A stretch of DNA of 64,000 bases from NCBI GenBank assembly GCA_964540725.1, contig CAZINU010000001.1, forward strand, positions 159,419 through 223,418, read 5' to 3'. Positions 1 through 9,810 of this stretch are shown here, piece by piece. The notes under the pieces were generated by a model. The model worked only from the letters and a program-made list of their open reading frames with translations, did no database searches and was not told the origin of the DNA. The position numbers and the translations under genes were made by a program. Positions within the stretch are counted from its first letter, which is position 1; each line of letters opens with the position of its first letter. This stretch comes from an uncultured Candidatus Peribacteria bacterium. GTDB taxonomy: Bacteria; Patescibacteriota; Gracilibacteria; BD1-5; UBA2023.

Positions 1-319
1 TACGTACAACGGGTACGAAATTCCTTTGGAAGACTATCTCGTGCTTTCCCGATCCGCGTCCGGAGACTCGGTGGCCGTCCCTTTCGGGTTGGTGCGCCCC
101 GCGATTTCCCAGGCCGTCGGTCGCTCCTATCGGGAATATGCCGGAATAGCGGACGAATCGGAACGGATCTCGCGGTTTTACGAAGAATGCGTCGTACCGG
201 AATTGCCGGAATAATCCCTTCCATTTTTCGAAAAAATCCGTATCTTTCTGGCAATTTCCGCGCCGCGTGGCTCAAAAAGCCGCCGCGGCGCCCTTTATTC
301 GCCCTAACGTCCGAATTTC

Positions 320-1768
320 ATGGCTTCCAACGAAACCGTCGTCCGCTTCAATAACGTCTCGTTCAAATTCGATACGGGAAAAATCATTCTCGACGAAGTC
401 GATTTCTCTATCCGGAAAGGCTCCAAAATTACCGTCATGGGGCAAAACGGGGCGGGGAAGAGCACGATTTTCAAGATGATTACCGGCGCCATCAAGAACA
501 AATACGGAACCATCAACGTCGACAAGGACCTCTCCATCGCCACGGCCTTCCAGTCGATGCTGCCGGAAGACAAGGCGCTCGATATCCGCGCGTACTTCCG
601 AAAATATTCGAAGGACGACGCGTACAACATCGACGTCAAGATTCAGAACGTACTCGAAACGGTGAATCTGAAAGCTCCGCTCGACCGCCTCGTCGGATCG
701 TTTTCCGGCGGACAGCAGGCGCGCCTTCTTCTTGCCGCGGCGCTCATCCAAAACCCGGACATCCTCCTTTTGGACGAGCCGACCAACAACCTCGATACCG
801 CCGGCATCGAGCACTTGACCGATTTTCTCATCGCGTACCCGAAAACGGTCGTCGTCATCTCCCACGACGCCGACTTTTTGAACGCGTTTACCGACGGGGT
901 TCTGTATTTGGACGTGAATACCCACAAGGTCGAACAGTACGTCGGAAACTACCACGACGTGGTCGAACAGATTTCCGCCCGCATCGAAAAGGAAAACCGC
1001 AAGAACGCCCTTATGGCGAAGGAAGCCCAAGCCAATAAGGAACAAGCCGAAGTCTTCGCCCACAAGGGTGGAAAACTCCGACTCGTCGCGAAAAAAATGC
1101 GTGACAAGGCCGAGGAGCTCGAAGAAAACATGGTCGACGTCCGCCGGGAGGACAAGACGATCCGTTCGTTCGATATCCCCGCGCAGGAAGGTATTGGCGG
1201 GTGCATATTGCAGCTCGATTCGGTGACGGTGATGCGCGACCACGAGCCCGTCGAGACCCCCGTCGACGTCAAACTCTACCGCGGTCGGCATTTGCTTCTC
1301 TCCTGACCGAACGGCATTGGAAAAACGACGTTGCTCGAAAAGCTCGCTTCTGGCCATGCCAAGGGCGAGCACGTGGAGGACGGCGTAAAAATCGGGTACT
1401 ACCGGCAGGATTTTACGAACCTCGACTGGAACGAAACGGCGCTCGAATGCCTCTCGAAGGCCGACCCGAACATGCGCGAGCAGGATCTCCGCTCGATGGC
1501 GGCCGGCTTCCTCATTACCGGCGAAGTCATGAAGACGAAAATCGGCCACCTCTCCGACGGGCAGAAGGCCCTCGTTTCGTTCGCCCGCCTCGTCCTCGAA
1601 AAGCCGGGACTTCTCATTTTGGACGAACCGACCAACCACGTGAATTTCCGCCACATTCCGGTTATCGCCGAGGCGCTCGACCGCTACGAAGGGACCATGA
1701 TCCTCGTTTCGCACGTACAGGAATTCGTGTGGCAGATTCGCATCGACGACTATTTGGAACTCGAATAA
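320..1768 (+). CDS. ABC-F family ATPase (two tandem ABC domains, no membrane domain), one in-frame TGA
   Basis: ORFs 320-1306 and 1331-1768 share a frame. The first domain has GQNGAGKST, FSGGQQAR and LLLDEPTN. The TGA at 1304-1306 sits where the second Walker A needs Gly (LLLS-[TGA]-PNGIGKTTLL). LSDGQKAL and LILDEPTNH follow. Confidence 0.9.
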
Positions 1769-1790
1769 GGGTTCCGAACGCTTTCCGGGC

Positions 1791-2060
1791 ATGCCCTTTT
1801 TCGCCTACGTCCTCAAGTGTTCCGACGGAACCCTCTACTGCGGTTCCACGCCGGATTTGGAGCGCCGTCTTCATGAACACAACCACCTGAAAACGGGCGC
1901 GAAGTACACCCGGGGGCGCCGTCCCGTAGAACTCGCGCATTCCGAATCGTTCGAAACCCTTTCGGAGGCGAGGAAGCGGGAAAACGAAATCAAGAAAATG
2001 GACCGGGCCGCGAAAACGCGGCTTATTTCCGCCGCCAAACCGCCGGAAACGAGTTCGTAA
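1791..2060 (+). CDS. GIY-YIG nuclease superfamily small protein (UPF0213-like)
   Basis: The 89-aa ORF starts FFAYVLKCSDGTLYCGSTPDLERRLHEHN and carries ...RKRENEIKK, the typical GIY-YIG core. It ends in TAA. Confidence 0.8.
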   Translation: MPFFAYVLKCSDGTLYCGSTPDLERRLHEHNHLKTGAKYTRGRRPVELAHSESFETLSEARKRENEIKKMDRAAKTRLISAAKPPETSS

Positions 2061-3720
2061 TCCGGCTTCCGCGCACGCGTTCCAATCAGAGGAAGCGGTT
2101 TTCGAACACGACTTGGACGAGGTTCGCCCCCGAAAAAGACGGACCGGCGTTTTCGGACGGCGGCATTCCGTTCTCGGCTGGTCCTCGCCCCTCCGGGGCT
2201 GCGGAGGCCTTCGCCCGGAATCCGCCATCCGAAAACGCTTCCCCCATCGAAAGCTCGAACCCCGAAAGGTAGCGGTGGAGTTGGGCTTCGTCCGAAAGTT
2301 CGAAGGCCGGCACGTTTTCGAGCCGCCGGTTCTTTCCCAAGATCCAATTCGGCTCGAAGGTTCCGTGGTCCATGCGGCCGATCCGTTCGCCCAGACGGAG
2401 GAAGTAGAGCTTCGAAACGAGTTCGTCCAACCCCGGAACGTTCCGAACGGCGAGCACGTCGTTGCCGTACCGGAAAAACCGGTGGGCGTCGAAATCGGGG
2501 GTTCAAAGCGATCGGACGGCTTCGCGGATGCGGTCGCCTTCGCGCGGCGACCATTCGGAGAGTCCGGCGTTCGCCGCGGTCCGGAACGGTTTCGAGGGTT
2601 CCGGGCTCGGCGCGGTCTTTCGAATTTTCGCGACGAAGAATCCCCCCGCTTCTTCGACGTGGGGCCAGAACCGCTTTTGGAACGTGATTTCGAAAACGCC
2701 CGGAAGTTCTTTCGCCGCCCCTTCGAGCACCCCCTCGTTTTCGAACCGGTTCAACGTGCAGGTCGAATAGAGAAGCTCCCCGCCGGTTTTCAGGGCCGAA
2801 ATGCCCGCGACGAGGAGTTTTTGTTGGAGTCGGGCGATGGTTTTGACGTTCTTCAGATTCCAATGCTTGAGCGATTCTTCCGCCTTGAATCCGATACCCT
2901 CGCCCGAACAGGGGGCGTCGAGCAGGATTCGATCGAAGGTTTCCGGAAGCGTCCCGAAGAGCGCCGCGTTCATGTTCGTTACGCCCGTTCGGTCGAACGT
3001 TCCCATCCGTTCGACGTTTTCGATGAGCGACGAAATCCGTTCTTTCGCGAATTCGTTCGCGACGACGAACGCGTTCGGAAAGTGTTCGGAAAGTTGGGTA
3101 GTTTTGCCGCCCGGGCTCGCCGCCATATCCAGTATAAGGAACTCCGCAAAACGCGGACTTCGCGCTCAAATCTCCGCGCCTCATTCGACATACCCATACG
3201 GTACGTCTCATTCCGGTACTCGATTTTCGGGCGAATTCCATCGTTTTTCGGAGTCCTTGCCACTGTCGAAATCATCTTCGTCCGACCATGGAGCGGGAAC
3301 GTCTCGAAAACCGTCTCCCATTAAAAGGTTTTCGAGACGTTCCCCGGAACGGTCGGACGAAACGTCCTTCCAAATCCGGTATTTTCCACTTCCGCCCTCC
3401 GCCAATTTCCAAACGCTCATCGACGCCGAAAGTTCCTGCACGTAGAAATCGCCCAAGAGGTGTTCGGGCGTGCTTCAAAGCGCGACGGACGTGTCGGCTC
3501 GGTCGATTCTGAACGCGGTCGCGTTTTCGGTGGGCGAGAACGTCCATCCGGCCCTCGTTTTCTCCGCGACGAATTCGGCCGGATTGGCTCGGGAAGGGTT
3601 GATTCGGAGAGTCTTTTTGAGCGGACGGAGGAGTTGTGCGCGGAACGCTTCGAATTCCGCGGGATTCCCGGAAAAGAATTCGGATCGGAAATACTCGAGG
3701 AACGCGTTCGAAATGGCCAT
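2023..3720 (-). CDS. NOL1/NOP2/Sun-family rRNA m5C methyltransferase (RsmF-like)
   Basis: Fragments 3475-3720, 3208-3456, 2503-3126 and 2086-2457 share one frame. The joined product has FYVQELSASM, LDMAASPGGKTTQL, DAPCSGEG and YSTCTL motifs. In-frame TGAs are at 3475, 3208, 3181, 3166, 2503 and 2086. The first in-frame TAA is at 2023. Confidence 0.85.
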
Positions 3721-3779
3721 GGCGGATTTTGAAAAAAGCGAGGCGCCACTATACTCGGTCCGTCAGTAACTTCAACTCC

Positions 3780-4688
3780 ATGCAGGAATTCTTCCACGAA
3801 CTCTCGACGTCCTTCCTCGCGCTCGGCACGGCGGCGGGCATGCTCGCTCTTGCGAACATCATCTTCATCGACATCGTCATGTCCGGCGACAATGCCATTC
3901 TTATCGGTATGGCGACCAGAAAATTACAGGGTCGCGACCGGAAACGGGCAATCGCGCTCGGTATCTTCCTCGCCACCGCGCTCCGCGTCGTCTTCGCGCT
4001 CATGGCGACGCTCCTCCTTTCGATCGTCGGACTGAAACTCGCCGGAGGAATCCTGTTGCTCTACGTCGTTTGGAAGTTCTACAAGGAGCTTCGGTGAGAG
4101 CATCACGAACATGCTTCGGGTGATGCCGTAACGTTTGGTGCCGCCGTTTGGACCATCGTCATGGCCGACGTCTCCATGAGCCTCGACAACGTTCTCGCGG
4201 TCGCGGGCGCGGCCCACGGAAACCTCGCCGCTCTCGCCATCGGCCTCATCGTGTCGATCATCCTCATGGCGTTCGCGTCCAACGCTATTGCCAAGATGCT
4301 CGATACGTACCCGCAAATTCAGTGGCTCGGCCTCGCGGTCATTCTCTTCGTGGCCATGGAAATGGTACTGGCCGGTTCCGCGGAGGTGGAAAACAAGGTC
4401 TTCCACGTCAATCTCGTCCCCTTCGTCGCCTTCGTCATCGGCGCGATTTTCCTGGTATTGCAGCAGAAATACGTCAAACCGCTCGCGCGCGAAAAGATGC
4501 GTGCGTGGATATCCGACCGGTTCGCGTCGATTCTCGTCGTCAATATCGTCGCCTTCCTCCTGTTCGTCCATTTCGGAGACCTGATTGCCGGATTCTTCGC
4601 TTCGCATCCGGCCATGCTGTGGTCGGCTTCCCTCGCGCTCTTCCTCGCGCTTTTGGAGGTCGTTTCGGTGTTGAAAAGTCGCGGATAG
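3780..4688 (+). CDS. TerC-family integral membrane protein
   Basis: The two halves (DIVMSGDNAILIG and DVSMSLDNVLAVAG repeats) are in one frame and are joined by the TGA at 4095-4097. The start is ATG at 3780 (MQEFFHEL) and the stop is TAG. Confidence 0.85.
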
Positions 4689-4710
4689 GGGCAATCGGAC
4701 TGAAATTCCG

Positions 4711-5121
4711 TTATCTCGCTCCTTCCACCCGTTTCCGCATTCTCGCGGCTAATTTTCCGATTTCCGCGTAGTGCTGCACGACGTACGTTCGAATCGATCG
4801 GCTCATGGATTCATTGTACGTATGCGAAAGCTTATTCCGGGATTCCAAAAGTCGGTACCACGTTTCCGGGTTCTCTATGAGTTTCGCCGAGAAAGCCACT
4901 TGGTACGTTTCACGCGCTAACCGACCCTCCATGTTTTCGCCGAGATAGGAGAGGGTAGATTTTAGGGTTTTCCAAGAAAGTTCGAGACAGTATTCGAACC
5001 GTTGCATGGCTCCGTCCATTTCCAAATCGGAGAGGTCCTCCGATTTTTCCAAAGCCGAAGCGAGGGTGCCGTACGCTTTTTCGAACGCGGCTATGCGCGC
5101 GAGGACTTCTTTTTGGTCCAT
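4711..5121 (-). CDS. HEPN-domain protein (nucleotidyltransferase substrate-binding, HI0074-like), putative toxin
   Basis: The 136-aa product has FEKAYGTL, RFEYCLELSWKTLK and SRNKLSHTY (an RX4-6H-like HEPN motif). It overlaps the upstream MNT gene by 31 nt. Confidence 0.8.
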   Translation of the reverse strand: MDQKEVLARIAAFEKAYGTLASALEKSEDLSDLEMDGAMQRFEYCLELSWKTLKSTLSYLGENMEGRLARETYQVAFSAKLIENPETWYRLLESRNKLSHTYNESMSRSIRTYVVQHYAEIGKLAARMRKRVEGAR

Positions 5122-5390
5122 AATGGTTTCGTATTGGAAAGGGCTATTCTTTCGAACGCGGCGTCTGCTTGGGCAAAATCTACCAAATCGACGCGAACGG
5201 GAAATTCTTCCCGTAGAACAAATCCGAGTTTCAGATAGGTATCGGCATCAATCGGAGCATTTCCACGGATACCGATATCGTAATCCGAATTCGATCGCGG
5301 TCTCTTTACGCGGCTCCCAAAAAGAAAAGCCTCGTATTTATCCGGCGTTATTCCTTCGCGTTTGAGAATTTTGATGATGCGTTCGATCAT
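5091..5390 (-). CDS. Minimal nucleotidyltransferase (MNT) domain protein, putative antitoxin
   Basis: The 99-aa product has the FLFGSRVKR...SDYDIGI pattern (GS-X10-DxD). It lies immediately upstream of the HEPN gene and overlaps it. Confidence 0.8.
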   Translation of the reverse strand: MIERIIKILKREGITPDKYEAFLFGSRVKRPRSNSDYDIGIRGNAPIDADTYLKLGFVLREEFPVRVDLVDFAQADAAFERIALSNTKPLWTKKKSSRA

Positions 5391-5443
5391 GCCCGGAGTA
5401 TACGTATTTTCATCGGAATTCCAATCGCGTGATCCATGGGCGG

Positions 5444-5941
5444 CTATCTCCGCTCACTCACCATTCTCCGGGCGTCCCGGTCGAGATCGCGCTCCTTCAG
5501 GACCTGCTTTTTGTCGTAGGCCTTTCGGCCCCGGGCGAGGGCGACCTGGATTTTTGCCAAATTCCCCTTGAAGTACGCTTCGGTCGCGATGAGCGCGACG
5601 CCCTTTTCCTTCACTTTCCCTGCGAGCCGGTCGAGGTCCTTTCGTTTCAGAAAGAGTTCACGGTCACGGGTAGGGTCGACCGCGCCCTTGATGCCGGGGG
5701 CGTGGGAATATGGGGAAATCCGCATGCCCGTAACGACGGCGCGGCCTCCGGCAATGATTACGTAACTGCCTTTGAGGTTGCATCCGCCTTCGCGCAAGCT
5801 CTGTACCTCCCACCCGAAGAGCTTGACGCCCGCCTCCAGCGTTTCGAGCACTTCGAAATCGAAGAGCGCCTTCTTGTTCTGGGCGACCTGGGTGATTTTC
5901 GGGGAAGGGCGTTTGGATTCGGACATTTTGACTTTTGACAT
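5444..5941 (-). CDS. smpB: SsrA-binding protein SmpB
   Basis: The product has QNKKALFDFEVLETLEAGVKLFGWEVQSLREG, ISPY and ALIATEAYFKGNLAKIQVALARGRKAYDKK. The start is ambiguous (ATG at 5974, 5941 or 5926). The stop is TAG. Confidence 0.9.
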   Translation of the reverse strand: MSKVKMSESKRPSPKITQVAQNKKALFDFEVLETLEAGVKLFGWEVQSLREGGCNLKGSYVIIAGGRAVVTGMRISPYSHAPGIKGAVDPTRDRELFLKRKDLDRLAGKVKEKGVALIATEAYFKGNLAKIQVALARGRKAYDKKQVLKERDLDRDARRMVSERR

Positions 5942-5989
5942 TTCCAGAATACTATCCGCCCGCGGAATTTTCACAAGGGAGGATTTTCA

Positions 5990-6249
5990 TGAAGAAAGTG
6001 CTTTGGGGGCTTTTTTGGCCGCATTCCATGTCGTCATGCTCGGGTTTTTCACTCTCGTGACGCTGGTTGCCTGGTACCTGTTCGCGAGCGCCATCGGCGG
6101 ATTCCTTTCCGGATTGCTCGAGGGGTATTCGCTTCTGGCCGGAACCCTCGCGTTCGCCGTAACGCTTTTTTTGGTTGGGCAAGTTTCGAACTCTTCGTGC
6201 TCGTACGAAACATGGGTATCGAATTTCGGACCCACCTGGCTGCCCGTAA
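5990..6249 (+). CDS. Possible small membrane protein, interrupted by two frame changes at T-homopolymers
   Basis: AAGGGAGG-N6-ATG lies at 5990. The hydrophobic sequence (LAAFHVVMLGFFTLVTLVAWYLFASAIGG...) continues in another frame after the T6 run near 6013. A third frame after the T7 run (6165-6171) reaches TAA at 6247, just before a terminator. Confidence 0.3.
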
Positions 6250-6256
6250 GGGGTTC

Positions 6257-6281
6257 ACCGGTTCTTAGAACCGGTTTTTTT
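6257..6281 (+). terminator. Rho-independent terminator
   Basis: ACCGGTTC-tta-GAACCGGT forms an 8-bp stem followed by T7. Confidence 0.6.
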
Positions 6282-6304
6282 ATGCGAGGCCCGTTTTTTC
6301 CAGC

Positions 6305-7042
6305 CTACTTTCCGAAATTCCGCTTCGCCCCCTTCAAACTCGACAGGGCCGCGTCGAATTCTTCGCGCGAAAAATCGGGCCAGTACGTCTTCGTGAAAAA
6401 GTATTCCGAGTATTCGCTTTGGTAGAGGAAGAATCCGGAATGCCGAACGTCGCCCCCGGTGCGGACGATGAGATCGGGCGGGGGAAGGTCGCCCGTGTCC
6501 AAATATCTCAGGAAGCCCTTTTCGTCGAGTGCCGAAGGATCCGCGCCGTCCGCAATGGCGCGTTTCGCCGCTTCGACGATTTCGTCTTGTCCGCCGTATC
6601 CGACGGCAAGAACCAAGCATCGGCCGGAAGACGTCGCCGTTTCCCTTTCGGAGCGTTCGAGCGCCTCGCGAACGTTCGCTGGCACAATGGACCGGTTTCC
6701 GATCCATCGGAACCGCACGTCGCGTTTTTTCAATTTCGCCACGAGCGTGCCGACGCGTTCGAGAAGGAGGCGGTAGAGGTGGGAGAGTTCTTCTTCGCTC
6801 CGTTCCTCGATATTCTTTTTTGCCACGGCCCAGAAACTGACGACCGATACGCTGGAATCGAAGGACCAATCGGCAACGTCCTCCAAGACGTCGGCGCCCT
6901 TGGTGTGGCCGAGTAAGGTCTTGAGCTCGTGGGACTTCGCCCAACGGCGGTTCCCATCCATAATGAAGGCTGCATGGGGGCCGTGAAAAACGGTTTCTTC
7001 GCGAGCGGTCTCGTTTTTGGCGGACTCCGGGGTGCTGTTCAT
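6305..7042 (-). CDS. uppS: Undecaprenyl diphosphate synthase (isoprenyl transferase)
   Basis: The product has HAAFIMDGNRRWAK, GYGGQDEIV and LIVRTGGDVRHSGFFLYQSEYSEYFF. These are classic cis-prenyltransferase motifs. Confidence 0.9.
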   Translation of the reverse strand: MNSTPESAKNETAREETVFHGPHAAFIMDGNRRWAKSHELKTLLGHTKGADVLEDVADWSFDSSVSVVSFWAVAKKNIEERSEEELSHLYRLLLERVGTLVAKLKKRDVRFRWIGNRSIVPANVREALERSERETATSSGRCLVLAVGYGGQDEIVEAAKRAIADGADPSALDEKGFLRYLDTGDLPPPDLIVRTGGDVRHSGFFLYQSEYSEYFFTKTYWPDFSREEFDAALSSLKGAKRNFGK

Positions 7043-7072
7043 GGGGGAATAAGTATGGGGATGCGAAAGGTT

Positions 7073-7468
7073 TTACTTCGCCCGCTCCAAATAATTCTGC
7101 AAAATAATCGACGCGGCCATCTCGTCGACGCGCCCGGCGTCTTTTCGCGTTACGCCCGCCTGTTCGAGGCTAAAGTAGGCCGTCTCGCTCGAAAATCGTT
7201 CGTCTTCCTCGTGAATCGGGAGACTCGGAAACGCCTTCCGGAGTTCCGCCGCGAACGAGCGCATTTGGAGGGTTTCGCGGGAAACGCTTCCGTCCATATG
7301 GTTCGGAAGTCCGAGAACGAACCCCGTAACGCCGCGTTCCGCGACGATTTTTCCAATCGTCTCGACCGCTCCTTTTTTCGGAATTCCACCGATGGGAATC
7401 GCGACGCCCGCAACCTCGGCGGCAATGCCGAGACGCTTGGTTCAGAAATCGATTCAGAGAAGGGGCAT
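7073..7468 (-). CDS. ruvX: Putative pre-16S rRNA nuclease / Holliday-junction-resolvase-like YqgF
   Basis: The N-terminus is only recovered with TGA=Gly: MPLL-[TGA]-IDF-[TGA]-TKRLGIAA gives the GIDFGTKRIG motif (TGA at 7454 and 7442). The C-terminus is GFVLGLPNHMDGS...DERFSS. Confidence 0.9.
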
Positions 7469-7481
7469 GGCGGTCTCGGCG

Positions 7482-7946
7482 TTACTTGGCCACGACCTCC
7501 ACTCGCATCCGAACGTACGTATCCTCGCCCAAGTGGATCTTCACGTCGGCGGAGCCGACGCTTTTCAGATGGTGTCCGCCGGGAAGTTCGACATGCCGCC
7601 GTTCGAGGGGAACGCCGAATTCTTTTTTAATCCGCTCGATGATTTCGTGCTCGCCGACGCCGCCGAAGATTTTTCCGCCGGAACCGGCCATTTCGAACCG
7701 GAGGGTTTTGGCATGGAGGGTTTCGGCGATTTTGTGACGCTCTTCGATCAGGTGGCGCTTTTCGTCCTGCTTCTTTTTGACGCGGTTTTTTTCCGCCTCG
7801 ATCGCCCGGGCGTCCATAAGAACGGCGAGACCCTTCGGTACGAGGTAGTTTTTCGCCTGGGCGTGGCCGACCTCGACGATTTCGCCCTCTTTGCCGATTC
7901 AGGCGATGCGCTGCAAGAGTTTTACGGAAAGCTTGTCGTTGGCCAT
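7482..7946 (-). CDS. rplI: Ribosomal protein L9
   Basis: MANDKLSVKLLQRIA-[TGA 7899]-IGKEGEIVEVGHAQAKNYLVPKGLAV is the N-terminal domain. The C-terminal domain is ORF 7482-7817. Confidence 0.9.
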
Positions 7947-8170
7947 GCGAATGAAACGGTTAGGAATTTCCGGCGTCTCCGCCGAATACGAAGGATCCTC
8001 GTCAATCCGGAAGCGGCGAGTGCGGAATCTTTCCCGTCTCCAGTTTGAAGGGGGTTTGTTCCATGATGGCGAGACAACGTCGTACCCGGTCCGCTACTCA
8101 AGCGCTTTTGCGGGCGTTCGGTGCGTGGGCGTCGGGGGCGTGCGCAAGATGGTGCATGGTGTGGCGGGGT

Positions 8171-8481
8171 TATCTTCCGGTTCTCGGCATCGGGCGTCCG
8201 ATCGGGTGTTCTTCCACGAGCGCTCAGAGCCTTTCGAAATGGCCGTCGTCCGAATTTCCGCAGCGTTCGCAGAACCCTTCGGAATCCGAAATGGAAGCTC
8301 CGCATCCGTCGCAGGCGTGGATGCTGACGAGCACTCCGAGGTACCGTCCGACGGCATCGCCGGTTTCCAGCAAAACGCGCTGCGTTTCGGGGGATTCGAG
8401 CCGGTCGATTTTAGCGTAAATCCGAAGGGCTTCGGCGTAGTGTCCTTCGTTGGAAAGATGATCTGCCAAGGTGAGCGACAT
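8171..8481 (-). CDS. Hypothetical Cys-rich (zinc-ribbon-like) protein
   Basis: The 85-aa ORF has CDGCG...CERCG pairs. It ends in TGA (8224). Reading through adds 17 codons to TAA at 8171. Confidence 0.45.
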
Positions 8482-8506
8482 GGTATTGAAAGTTAGGACC
8501 GTTCGA

Positions 8507-9613
8507 TTATTCCTCGTCGGAAGGGGCGGTACCTTCCTCTTCCACTACCGGTGCCGGTTCTCCCCCGACGGTTTCGAGGATGATGCGGTACCCGAGGAGT
8601 TCGGACGCGAGGTTGATGTTCGTTCCGCCCTTTCCGAGAACCTTGGGTTTTTCTTCGGAGGTGACGGTGGCGGTGATAATCTTGTTTTCTTCGTCGATTT
8701 CGACGTCCGTAACTTCCCCCGGAACGAGCGCCTTTTTGGCGAGCTCGCGCATGTCGGGAACGTAGTTGATGATGTCGATCTTTTCTCCGGCGAGTTCGTC
8801 GACGACGGTTTTGACGCGGATGCCCTTCGGACCGATGAGGGATCCCGCCGGGTCGATTTCGTCGTATTCGGTGGCGGCGATGAGCTTGGTTTTCAGACCG
8901 GGAATGCGGGCGATGGAAACGATTTCGACCGATCCGTCCTCGACTTCCGGAACGTTGGCCTCGAAGAGTTTGATGACGAGTTCCTTGTCGCGGCGGGTAA
9001 GAACGACGCGCGGGCCGGTCATGGTATCTTCTTCGATTCGGGCGACGTAGAGGTACATGCGCTGCCCCGGAACGTAGCGGTCTTTGCTGACCTGTTCGGA
9101 TTTCGGGAGTACGACCTGGGTGCCGTTGTAATCGAAGATGACCCGGTTCTTTTCGACGAGCTCGATCTTCAGGTTCACGATCTGCCCTTCCTTGTCTTTG
9201 AAGAGGTTGAAGACCTTCTCCTTTTCGGTTTCCTGAATTTTTTGAACGATGACCTGGCGGGCGGCTTGGCTCGCGATGCGTCCGAATCCTTCCGAGGAAA
9301 GCACCTCGTCGGTGACGTCGATTTCGAGGGTGTCGCCGATCTCGAATCCGGCAGCGTCTTCGCCCAGGTCTTCGAGGCTGATCTGGGTTTCGGGATCTTC
9401 GACCGTCTCGACGACGGTCTTCAGGAGGGAGATTTCGATTGTGTTCGTATCGAAGTCGATCTTGACCTCGACGTTGGAATCCTTGTTTCCGAAATCCTTC
9501 TTGTAGGCCGTTTTAATGGCGGCTTCGATGATTTCTACGAGCTTTTCGCGGGAAATCTTCTTTTCGGTGGAGATTTGGGCGATGGCCTGTTCGATTTTCT
9601 GAAGGTCGATCAT
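8507..9613 (-). CDS. nusA: Transcription termination/antitermination factor NusA
   Basis: An uninterrupted 368-aa ORF with an N-terminal domain, an S1-like region and two KH regions (LIGPKGIRVKTV, VLGKGGTNINLA). Confidence 0.95.
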   Translation of the reverse strand: MIDLQKIEQAIAQISTEKKISREKLVEIIEAAIKTAYKKDFGNKDSNVEVKIDFDTNTIEISLLKTVVETVEDPETQISLEDLGEDAAGFEIGDTLEIDVTDEVLSSEGFGRIASQAARQVIVQKIQETEKEKVFNLFKDKEGQIVNLKIELVEKNRVIFDYNGTQVVLPKSEQVSKDRYVPGQRMYLYVARIEEDTMTGPRVVLTRRDKELVIKLFEANVPEVEDGSVEIVSIARIPGLKTKLIAATEYDEIDPAGSLIGPKGIRVKTVVDELAGEKIDIINYVPDMRELAKKALVPGEVTDVEIDEENKIITATVTSEEKPKVLGKGGTNINLASELLGYRIILETVGGEPAPVVEEEGTAPSDEE

Positions 9614-9810
9614 GGCGGGAAAGGGTAGGGGGTATTTACGAAAAAAGAATTCGTCCAGGCGAATTCCTTGCTTCGTTTCTGCCGACTATTGTACGGGTTT
9701 TCGGAATTTTGCAAGGCGTGGTCGCGAAAAAATCCCACGTTCAACGGTACCGGGCATTTTTCCGAACGTCAAGCCGTCTTTCTGGTCAGGAAGTTCGGCC
9801 ATATGGTAGG

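Noticed and set aside
1304-1306. TGA read as Trp (table 4) or as selenocysteine.
   Set aside because: Every motif-anchored TGA sits at an invariant Gly (P-loops, SGG signature, HPD-GG, FxGxGG). There are too many of them, and none has a SECIS-like context.
272-1792. A 506-aa minus-strand ORF. Many similar long ORFs are in the track, for example 1871-3241(-), 8471-9628(+), 11548-13257(+), 16121-17944(+), 16963-19002(-), 20429-21817(+), 24528-25721(+), 48981-50645(-) and 51873-53267(+).
   Set aside because: All are antisense or out of frame relative to genes with unambiguous conserved motifs. Their products are Arg/Gly/Pro-rich low-complexity sequence, as expected from stop-poor frames in GC-rich DNA.
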